A stretch of DNA of 18,197 nucleotides from Octopus sinensis (GCF_006345805.1 NW_021824364.1:1-18197); one strand, 5' to 3'. Positions 1 to 8,890 are shown, counted from the first letter of the stretch. The notes: generated from the sequence alone by a model not told the origin. A program made the numbers and translations.

Positions 1-51
1 CATTTTTCTACACTTTTGTTCTTCTTCTTCTTATTATTATTATTATTCAAT

Positions 52-225
52 GAGTATGCAGAGTCGTTAGCACACCGGGTGAAATTCTTTGCCGTATTTC
101 ATCTGTCGCTACGTTCTGAGTTCTAATCCCACCAAGGTCGACTTTGCCATGCGTCAAATCGGGGTTGATACATTAATGACCAAATGAACTCTGGGGACGA
201 TGTAATCATCTCATCCCCACCTCAC
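52..225 (+). mobile_element. Diverged tRNA-derived SINE, same family as 7196-7418
   Basis: Aligns by eye to 7203-7370: gcagagtcgttagcacaccgggtgaaat...gagttctaatcccaccaaggtcgactttgcc vs gcagaaacgttagcacgccgggcgaaat...gagttcacattccgccgaggttgactttgcc. Confidence 0.85.
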
Positions 226-254
226 CCATGATACCCTTTTGGCAAAAATTTGAA

Positions 255-637
255 ATAATGACAATAATACGAAATATTATAATAATTATTATCATTATAA
301 TAATTATTATTATTATTGTTATTATTATTATTATTATTGTTATTATTATTATTATCATTATTATTGTTGTTTATATTATTATTATTATTATTATTATCCA
401 TATCATCATCATCATAATTATTATTATTTTATTATTATTATGACTCATCATCATCTCATCATGATTATTATTATTATTATTATTATTATTATCATTATTG
501 TTATTATTATATTATTATTATCATTACTATTATTATTATTATTATTATCATCATCATCATCATTATCATCATCATCATTATTATTATTATATATTATTAT
601 GTATATTCTGATTATTATTATTATTATTATATTGCTA

Positions 638-668
<31 letters not shown>

Positions 669-706
669 GCTATATTATTTTATTATTATTATTATTATTT
701 TATTAC

Positions 707-738
<32 letters not shown>

Positions 739-952
739 TGCTATTATTATTATTATTTATTATTATTTTATTATTATTATTATTATTGTGCTATTATTAT
801 TATTATTATTATTATTATATTATTATTATTATTATTGCTATTATTATTATCATTATTATTACTATTATCATTATTATTATTATTATTATTAATATATTAT
901 ATTATTATTATTACTATTACTATTACTATTACTATTATTATTATTATTATTA
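255..952. repeat. Long imperfect (ATT)n microsatellite with ATC/ACT variants
   Basis: Direct reading; explains the poly-I/L/Y ORFs. Confidence 0.97.
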
Positions 953-1055
953 GTCAGCAGTCTTGTTTTCATTGCGTGCTTTCACTGCATCACTCAGTGC
1001 ATCGCCGTACGACTGCGATATGATCCTGTGGATTGTTTTGTTGGTTATTTTTACT
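950..1055 (-). CDS. Candidate terminal coding exon of an unidentified host gene (..VKITNKTIHRIISQSYGDALSDAVKARNENKTAD*)
   Basis: Minus-strand acceptor ttttttctatag| at 1056-1067; 1 nt plus 34 codons of normal composition, then TAA at 950-952; no homolog recognised. Confidence 0.45.
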
Positions 1056-1465
1056 CTATAGAAAAAATGCTCTGCGTCAGAGATGTGCATTGCCTAACCG
1101 TGCTATATTCACTGTTATGAAACACGACACTAGACGCACGCGCGCACGCACACACAGATATGTACACATACATGGCGGAGAGAGGAGGGCCTTCGACATT
1201 TGTTAAACAAAAGAGTTTTTTTAATCTACAATTTACATGCTATTATTGATAGCATTATTTGTTTCGAGAATCACCGTTCCAAAGAAGTATATGTGTGTGA
1301 GTCAGAGAATGTGTGAGAGAGAGAGAGAGAAGAGAGAGAGGGGGGGGAGGTGTGTGTGTGTGCGTGTGTACACAAAAATATACAAATATACTTGTACTTC
1401 ACAGAAATCTGATGAATCCTTTACGTAGACGGATCAATAGGTAGATAGTTAAATACATACCCTAA

Positions 1466-1527
1466 TTTCTTCTTCTTCTTCTTCTTCTTCTTCTTCTTCT
1501 TCTGATTATTATTATTATTATTATTAT
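1466..1527. repeat. (CTT)n then (ATT)n microsatellite forming the tail of the adjacent minus-strand element
   Basis: Direct reading. Confidence 0.95.
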
Positions 1528-1528
1528 G

Positions 1529-2045
1529 GAATGAGAGAGCAATGTATGCCATCGAAGTGACACTGGGGTAAAATATATCATCATGACTACCCGTCTGATA
1601 AGGGTACACCAGGTACATGCATCACAACCATATGTGCGCGAATGGTGATCTCATATCAAGATAAACAGCACATGACCTTGCATGGGGCCCAGTTAGAATT
1701 TCTTCAGGTTGAGTAGCCCATCCCGCTCAAACGGTCCCTGAATAAGGGGTGTTTAAGGATGTTGAAAGAACCACCCATGTTCCAGAGGTGAATTATTCAA
1801 ACCCCAAAGATCCGTCTCAACACATGGCTATGATGCTCCCCCACTACTTCGTCGTGATCAGAGATGCACATATCGTCAGCCACTAAGGGACATGCTAAAC
1901 TGGTTAAGGTCAAACAACTGAACAAGCAAATCTGTGGTATTGAGCAGAATATTTGCTGTAGCCATCTTTTATACCAAGACAAAACAATGTACATGATAAC
2001 ATTTCCAATCAGTTAAGATCAGAAGCCATGAGAGCCACTGCCTGG

Positions 2046-2046
<1 letters not shown>
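1529..2046 (-). mobile_element. Non-coding 3' fragment of a (TAA)n-tailed retroelement, copy 1 (LINE 3' UTR-like, family unassigned)
   Basis: 1529-1896 is the reverse complement of 5598-5982 at high identity; ends in ctctctcattc followed by (ATA)n on the minus strand; the two copies have different 5' ends but the same 3' end. Confidence 0.8.
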
Positions 2047-2083
<37 letters not shown>

Positions 2084-2345
2084 TTATGATTATATTATAT
2101 CATTATCATTATTATTATTATATTATTATTATTATTATATTATTAATTATTCTATTATTATTATCATATCATTATATTATTATTTATTATTATTATTATT
2201 ATATTATTATTATATTATCATTATTATTATTATTATTATATTATTATTATTATTATTATTATCATTATTATTATTATTATTATATTATTATTATTATTAT
2301 TATTATCATTATTATTATTATTATTATTTATATATTATTATTATA
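2047..2345. repeat. Imperfect (ATT)n microsatellite
   Basis: Direct reading. Confidence 0.97.
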
Positions 2346-2466
2346 TTACCATATATCTATATACCAGAGTAAGCACATAAATGTGAAACAAGGTACGAAG
2401 AAACTGTACTCGAATACCGGAGGTAGAATAATATACTTTATTAATAAACTTGCGAAGGCATAAAAC

Positions 2467-2582
2467 CAAACTGCTTCTCAGAGATTCCCGTCCCTTTTCT
2501 TTGGATAGTTTTGAGCGATAATCAATCGTTCTCAATCAAAACTCCATCGAACGGGAATGTAAAACTCCGAGTAGCAGTATTT
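2467..2582. repeat. Diverged inverted repeat with a decayed hammerhead-like motif (Penelope-like relic)
   Basis: actgcttctcagagattcccgtcccttttctttggatagttttga vs the reverse complement of the right arm, actgctactcggagttttacattcccgttcgatggagttttga; right arm reads ccatcga-acg-ggaa-tgt-aaaac-tccga-gta. Confidence 0.55.
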
Positions 2583-2775
2583 TGTGATGCATTTTTGTGA
2601 AGTTTTTGCACCTTTAATAATTAAGTATATATTATATATATTGTTACAATTTTCTACCCCTCTGCGAAAACATCTCAGAATTTTAATTGATTTGCTTTTC
2701 GCAGGAAGGAAGGTTTCTTGTCGAAGATACGTCTCGCTTTCACCTTCGAAACGTAGAGAAGATGAAACCATAGCG

Positions 2776-2922
2776 ACTGCAGAAGGGTTTTTTTCTTTGT
2801 GTTAATTGTCCTGTACTCTATTTTTTTGTTGTTTAAAAAAATGTCCAGTTCCTTGGGTTTGCGTATATGATTTCGTTTCTCATTGTGTTCGACATCTTTT
2901 TGGTGTCCTGTACTCATATATG
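2776..2922 (+). repeat. Dispersed repeat copy A, homologous to 3650-3783
   Basis: Shared blocks in the same order: actg..gaaggg, ttctttgtgtta.ttgtcctg, gtttgcgtat, gtcctgtac.catatatg. Confidence 0.75.
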
Positions 2923-3010
2923 CGTGTATATGTACATGTAGAGGTAGGTACGTACATATATGTTTATATATATATGCATATGTTTTATTTATTAATATAT
3001 ATACATATAT

Positions 3011-3409
3011 ATATTATATTATATTAAATTAGAGACAAAACCACTATTAGGCAAATCAAACAATGAAAAACTTAAGCCAATACATATAATTAATTTATAT
3101 TATTTAAATATAACAAAATTATTAAAAAAATATAATTAATATAATTTATATCACACTACGATCGTTTCATGCCTGCTAACATTGTTTAAACCTCGCCAAG
3201 AAAAATATTTAAACCACCTGATGAATGACTGCGACTCAAAAATTTGAAGATGTTAGCAGGCATGAAACGATCGTAGTGTGATATTAATTATATTTTTTTA
3301 ATAATTTTGTTATATTTAAATAATATAAATTAATCATATGTATTGGCTAAAGTTTTTCATTGTTTGATTTGCCTAATAGTTTTGTCTCTAATTTAATATA
3401 ATATAATAT
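3011..3409. mobile_element. Near-perfect inverted duplication (arms 3011-3182 and 3250-3409, 67-bp spacer), Penelope-like pLTR architecture
   Basis: By manual alignment the arms differ by 2 substitutions plus 3-bp and 9-bp indels; the spacer carries a hammerhead core. Confidence 0.85.
3215..3278 (+). ncRNA. Type I hammerhead ribozyme (predicted cleavage after A3275)
   Basis: CAC / CTGATGA (3218-3224) / stem II ATG.CTGC:GCAG.CAT / GAAA (3264-3267) / palindromic stem III ACGATCGT / GUA / GTG pairing with CAC. Confidence 0.75.
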
Positions 3410-3475
3410 TTTACTATAAAATTGGATTCAATCCTAAATCTGATTTTTCCCTGTAAGTTTGGATTTATTCCCTAA

Positions 3476-3508
<33 letters not shown>

Positions 3509-3649
3509 GCTTAAGTCATGAATAATAGAAGGAGTGTCATTGAATAGTGAGAGAAATTAGTTTTCGCATTTATTATATTAGATGTATAGCAACTGTCTTC
3601 GAAGATTGTCGTTAATTGCTCGAAATGACGAGTAGATAGACAGCCGACA

Positions 3650-3783
3650 ACTGATGAAGGGTCGTTCTTTGTGTTACTTGTCCTGCTTTCGAATTTTTTT
3701 CCCTCTCGTTGTTTGCGTATTTCACTCACTTGTTTTCATATTTCATGTTGGTCACACTTGGTGACGTCCTGTACCCATATATG
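3650..3783 (+). repeat. Dispersed repeat copy B, homologous to 2776-2922; begins with CTGATGAAGGG
   Basis: Same shared blocks as copy A. Confidence 0.75.
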
Positions 3784-3789
3784 AATATA

Positions 3790-3837
3790 CGTATGTATGT
3801 ATATATATATACATATAGATATATATACAATATATAT

Positions 3838-3884
<47 letters not shown>

Positions 3885-3948
3885 TATGTCTGTATTTATA
3901 TATATACATACATATATATATATACATATATATGTATGTATGTGTGTG

Positions 3949-3995
<47 letters not shown>
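3790..3995. repeat. (TA)n/(CA)n/(TG)n compound microsatellite
   Basis: Direct reading. Confidence 0.95.
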
Positions 3996-3996
<1 letters not shown>

Positions 3997-4049
3997 TGTT
4001 TGTATAGCCCCCAGTTGATGTTGTTTATGTTAAAATCTGTCTCAACTCT

Positions 4050-4441
4050 TCACTCTGATAAGTTGTTTTCTTCAATCTGTTCCCGTCTACACTTTCGTTT
4101 CAGCTGCGTACTTGTTTTGGCGGCGGTGGAGGGGCTGTCGGTGTTGTTGATGTTATTGTTGTTATTGTTGTTATTGCTATTGGTGCTGGTGTCAATGGCG
4201 GTGGTTGTGGTGGTCACCGTCGTGTTTGTCATGCTGTTCCTGATAGCCAGTGTGGTGGGGGCGGTCGTGCTATTTGCGGCAATGATGGTGGTGGGCGGTG
4301 GGGATGGTGGTGGAGGTGGTGGTGGTGGTGGTGGTGGTGGTGGTGGTGGTGGTGCTAGTGGCGGTGGTGATGGAGCTTCTGGGAATAATGTGAGGTTGTC
4401 AAAAATAGTGTTCGCGAAGGTGTTGAAATCGATGTTGCTGC

Positions 4442-4472
<31 letters not shown>

Positions 4473-4709
4473 GGTGGTGGTGGTGGTGGTAGTCGTCTTA
4501 GTGGTCTTTGTAAGAGTTGTTTTGGTGCCAGTGATGCTGCTACTACACGTAAAGGCTGTGGCGATTATGGCGATTACGTTGGTGAAAGTGGCGATGGCGG
4601 TAGTTGCTGTGATATTTGTTGTCGTGGCTGTAGTTGTGGCGGTGGTGCTGTTGTAAATGGTAATGGTGGTGGTGGTGGTGGTAATGGTAATGGTAGTGCT
4701 GGTGGTGTA
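4050..4709 (-). CDS. Candidate low-complexity Thr/Pro/Asn-rich coding segment, open for 219 codons
   Basis: Manual translation from the TAA at 4710-4712 to the TGA at 4050-4052; non-repetitive peptides SNIDFNTFANTIFDNLTLFPEAPSP and DSPSTAAKTSTQLKRKCRREQIEENNLSE lie in one frame, joined by poly-T/P/N runs. Confidence 0.3.
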
Positions 4710-5140
4710 TTAGTTGTGGTCGTCATTATGTTTGTTATAGTGGTGGTGGTGATGATTGTAGTGATGGATGTGGTGGTTATGGTGTTGATGATTGTGGCGG
4801 TGGTGTTGTTTTGGTAATGGTAATGGTAGTGGTGGTGGTGGTGGTGGTAATGGTAGTGGTGGTCGTGGTAATGGTAGTGGTGGTGGTGGTGGATTGGTTG
4901 CGGTTGTCCTTATGTTGGTTATAGTGGTGGTGATGATGATGACGGTGGTGGTTGTGGTGATTGTAGTGGTTGAGGTGCTAGTTGTGGTGTTGATTGATGG
5001 TTGTGGCGGCGGTGTTTGCGCTGATCGTTGTTACGGTGATGGTGGTTGCTGCGATAACTAGTAGTAGTGGTGACGGAGGTTGTGGTGGTGGTGGTGGTGG
5101 TGGTAGCTGTTTTGAGAGCTGCGATGTTGGTACTGGTCTT
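4130..5140. repeat. Degenerate (GGT/GTT/TGT)n trinucleotide array
   Basis: Direct reading; several phase shifts above 4710. Confidence 0.9.
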
Positions 5141-5194
5141 AATTATTGTGCTGGCTGTAAAATGTAATGTGGTGACAATAATGGCATTACCAGA

Positions 5195-5265
5195 AATAAT
5201 TCTTTCTACTATGGGCACAAATCCTGAAATCGTGTGGGGAGCGGGGTACTCGATTTTATCCACCC
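5195..5265 (-). mobile_element. 3' fragment of a SINE related to the 7196-7418 family
   Basis: Minus strand gggtggataaaatcgagtacc...ctccccacacgatttcaggatttgtgcccatagtagaaagaattatt; gataaa...agtacc core is shared with 7319-7334. Confidence 0.55.
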
Positions 5266-5504
5266 GTGCTCAACCTGTTGACTGAATTATATATAAAGCT
5301 CATTCAGAGTTCCTTGTCTTAGGTACATGTCGTTAACAATAGTCAATAAACTCGAAACATCGATGTCTGAGATTCCTCAAAGATGGCGACACTGAACGAA
5401 CTGGGTGTTTTCAAACCTTTATACCGTATGAGAGATTTTTTTCTCCTCGACATATTTCAACTAACCTAAATTGTGCTCATACATAAACACTTATTATATA
5501 TATA

Positions 5505-5511
5505 TATAATA

Positions 5512-5578
<67 letters not shown>

Positions 5579-5597
5579 TAAATAATAATAATAATAG
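5505..5597. repeat. (AAT)n microsatellite
   Basis: Direct reading. Confidence 0.97.
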
Positions 5598-5982
5598 AGC
5601 ATGTCCCTTAGTGGCTGACGATATGTGCATCTCTGATCACGAGCAGAAGTAGTGGGGGAGCATCATAGCATGTGTGAGAGGGATTCTTTGGGGTTTGAAT
5701 AATTCACCTCTGGAAAACATGGGTGGTTCTTTCAATATCCTTAAAAAACCCTTATTCAGGGACCTTTTGAGCGGGATGGCTACTCAACCTGAAGAAAATT
5801 CTAACTGGGCCACCTGCAAGGTCATGTGCTGTTTATCTTGATATGAGATCACCATGTCCCGCACATATGGTTGTGATGCATGTGCCTGGTGTACCCTTAT
5901 CAGACGGGTAGTATGATGGGTATATTGGGCTTCGTATATTTTACTCCAGTGTCACTTGATGGCATGCATGCTCTTCTCACTC
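5598..5982 (+). mobile_element. Non-coding 3' fragment of the (TAA)n-tailed retroelement, copy 2
   Basis: Reverse complement of 1529-1896; ends ctcttctcactc followed by (AAT)n. Confidence 0.8.
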
Positions 5983-6014
<32 letters not shown>

Positions 6015-6026
6015 CAATGATAATAA

Positions 6027-6068
<42 letters not shown>

Positions 6069-6078
6069 TAATAATAAC

Positions 6079-6132
<54 letters not shown>

Positions 6133-6145
6133 TAATAAAATAACA

Positions 6146-6181
<36 letters not shown>

Positions 6182-6315
6182 GTAATAATAATAATAATAA
6201 TAATAATGAATACAATAATAAAATATCTTCGCGTGGAGATAAGTTGATAGATAGACAGATAGATAGATAATAGATAGATAGATAGATTGATAGATAGATA
6301 GATAGATAGATAGAT

Positions 6316-6352
<37 letters not shown>

Positions 6353-6410
6353 CGGACGAACGAACAATAAGACAGAAAGATAGACAGAAGGATAGACAGG
6401 TAATAGTTAG
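5983..6410. repeat. (AAT)n (5983-6222) then (GATA)n/(GACA)n (6246-6410)
   Basis: Direct reading. Confidence 0.95.
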
Positions 6411-6866
6411 GTAGAGAGATAAAGAGACAGATCGAGGCCCCATTTCTGTAGTTTTTCTTAATGAAACACTACAGAAGAAGGGAAATAAAGACATTGTCAA
6501 CAGCGCTAGACTAAAGCTCTACAAATATTTCTTTAGAAAACAAAATAGTATTTTAGTCAATCATGGCGGTGAATAGATTGTTCGATTGAATAAACTTCGT
6601 TTTTGGAGCTTCCATACATAAGACTTTTATCGAATGTATATTTAGGCTACACACTTGTTTGAGAAACAAGCATACATTTGCATCAAACCTGTTAAAATTG
6701 TCTCTGTAAAAATATTGCAACTCTTATCATGATACGAGCAAAATTAAGGCTGACTCCATTAAACATGTTATAAACGAAAGTAAACATTCATTTTTATAAC
6801 TTCTTTAATAAAAACTCCATTCGATAAATACTTACTTTACTCTCTTGGACGTTGAGCTAAGGTAAA

Positions 6867-6995
6867 GGTGTGTGGCCTAGTCGTTAGGAATGTTGGGCTA
6901 ACGATCATAAAAACGCGGTGTTCAATCCTTGCGGCTGGTAACAACTTGTGGATTCTGCAAAGGAATTCTCCTCATTTTACGGAGCACCACTCAAC
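6867..6995 (+). mobile_element. Old, diverged tRNA-derived SINE head (different family)
   Basis: A-box-like tggcctagtcgttagg (6873-6888) and B-box-like gtgttcaatcc (6918-6928) at tRNA-like spacing. Confidence 0.55.
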
Positions 6996-7195
6996 AAGTA
7001 TCACCCAGGTGCTGGTGCTGCCCTTCTCTCTCGAAATATAATATCCTAGTTGATAAGCTAAATTAATAGGTGCAAAGTCCGAGGGCGTTTTTTATGCCTC
7101 TCCTGATTATATAGTCACCTAAAACCAACTAGTAAAACTATTATACATTTTTCCATGTAGTATTCGACTGCAAATGACGTCTATCTTCCTACGTT

Positions 7196-7418
7196 AAGGC
7201 GGCGAGTTGGCAGAAACGTTAGCACGCCGGGCGAAATGCGTAGCCGCATTTCGTCTGCTGTTACGTTGTGAGTTCACATTCCGCCGAGGTTGACTTTGCC
7301 TTTCATCCTTTCAGAGTCGATAAATTAAGTACCAGTTACGCACTGGAGTCTATGTAATTGACTTAATCCCTTTGTCTGTCCCCTCTATGTTTAGCCCCTT
7401 GTGGGCAATAAAGAAATA
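7196..7418 (+). mobile_element. Full-length tRNA-derived SINE with Deu/Nin-like core and a 14-bp target-site duplication
   Basis: TSD TATCTTCCTACGTT at 7182-7195 and 7419-7432; pol III A/B-box-like head (tggcagaaacgttag; gagttcacattcc); core gactttgcctttcatcctt...gataaattaagtaccag resembles the Deu/Nin domain (assignment from memory). Confidence 0.9.
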
Positions 7419-7864
7419 TATCTTCCTACGTTTGATCGCAAAGAACAAAATGACGATTTAAAAAAAAAAAACACAAGCATATTTAAAAGTTTTATTTTTA
7501 TAAAAGCAAAGCAGGTTTAAGTTACTGAATCACTTCATCATAAGCTGAAATATAAGAACTGAATATCTCCATCTACCTCCCAGCTTAACTCTCTTAGCCG
7601 TTTCTAAATAGTTACGCAATTATTGATGTTTAGTAACCTGGTGTACTTTAGGCGTTGGTATATGGTTTCCATGACAACCGTTCCCAAAGAATCGGAATAA
7701 TAATTTTAATAAACTTCGATTATGGCAGTCAGGGAATAGAATTACAGGCAATATAAATAACTATACATTTGCTTAGTGACTCTTAATATATCGAAACACT
7801 ATCGCCTTAACTTTCAAATCGTCTTCTCCACTTCGCTCTCTATACCCACCCATTTATGGGTGTA

Positions 7865-7894
7865 TACACACACACTCACACACATACATACACA

Positions 7895-7969
<75 letters not shown>

Positions 7970-8105
7970 TGTGTATGTATATTCTCACACATACGTATAT
8001 ATGGGTGTGTTTGTGTGTGTGTGTATTTATCTACGTATTTTTAAAATATACACATACATACCAACTATGTACATATCTGCAATATGTTTGTGTATATATG
8101 TATGT

Positions 8106-8137
<32 letters not shown>

Positions 8138-8250
8138 ATAGATATAGATATATATATGCATACATATACATATATATATAAGTATATATATATATATGTA
8201 TGTAAGTATGTATGTAAGTATGTATGTGTGTGTGTATGTATAACTAATGT
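7865..8250. repeat. Compound (CA)n/(TA)n/(GATA)n/(TATG)n microsatellites
   Basis: Direct reading. Confidence 0.9.
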
Positions 8251-8507
8251 TGCTATAACCACTAGTAATATTAATATTAGCGGTACTACGACACCTAAAA
8301 CCGGTAAACGATTTGCATCAATTCAGCAGCAGAGCAGAAGATGCTATCCGCCCGGTGAAACATTATCTCCTGTGCAAAGTTCAACCAAGGTCATCGACGC
8401 GAGCAAACATTTTATCACACATAGAGAACATAACATACAGGCATTGCAATGGTATATGTTTACATCTGAGATACAGTTTCATTTTATGAACATCAAGTAA
8501 AACATAT

Positions 8508-8510
8508 ACA

Positions 8511-8565
<55 letters not shown>

Positions 8566-8828
8566 GTGTATGTATGTATGTATGTATGTATGTATGTATG
8601 TATGTATGTATGTATGTATGAATGCATGTCTTTATGAATGAATGTATGCCATTGTTCAGTTATGTTTCAAGATTTCTTGCCAAAATAGAAAGAACTGGTT
8701 TCTAACCTAAATCCAAGACTCCTTCATTGGAATTTCAACATCAGCAACAGTGTATTTTTGTATGTATGTATGTACGTATGCATGTATGTATGTATGTACG
8801 TATGTATGTATGCATGTATGTATGTATG

Positions 8829-8862
<34 letters not shown>

Positions 8863-8890
8863 TGTATGTATGTATGTATGTATGTATGTA
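8508..8890. repeat. (TA)n and two (TATG)n arrays separated by about 130 bp of unique DNA
   Basis: Direct reading. Confidence 0.9.

Noticed and set aside
228-1023. Poly-I/L/Y ORFs, and similar ORFs at 2086-2463, 5981-6500 and 13862-14137
   Set aside because: Translations of (ATT)n/(AAT)n/(GATA)n microsatellites
1409-1448. CTGATGA-ATCC...GGAT hammerhead-like start
   Set aside because: CAAT replaces GAAA and there is no proper stem I or III; compatible with chance
1797-1994. 65-aa ORF in the repeat copy
   Set aside because: No recognisable domain; lies in a non-coding repeat with indels between copies
3709-4656. 315-aa plus-strand ORF
   Set aside because: Starts in (TA)/(TG) repeats and reads poly-V/L/G; it is the antisense shadow of the triplet array
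4919-5263. 114-aa minus-strand ORF
   Set aside because: GTG start inside a SINE fragment; drifts through Thr, His and Pro phases of a frameshifted repeat
5380-5431. AAGATGGCG start context, MATLNELGVFKPLY and a gtatga donor
   Set aside because: No supporting downstream plus-strand exon or promoter evidence; adjacent to a repeat relic
6836-6856. 21-nt minus-strand micro-exon candidate (ccttag|...|gtaagt)
   Set aside because: Such splice-site pairs are expected by chance in AT-rich DNA; acceptor abuts a SINE head; needs junction reads
7538-7550. tcataagctgaaa matching the LINE 3' end
   Set aside because: Only about 13 nt, with no tail repeat or upstream homology
8439-8465. 27-nt minus-strand micro-exon candidate (tctcag|...|gtatgt)
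   Set aside because: Weak polypyrimidine tract and no recognisable peptide
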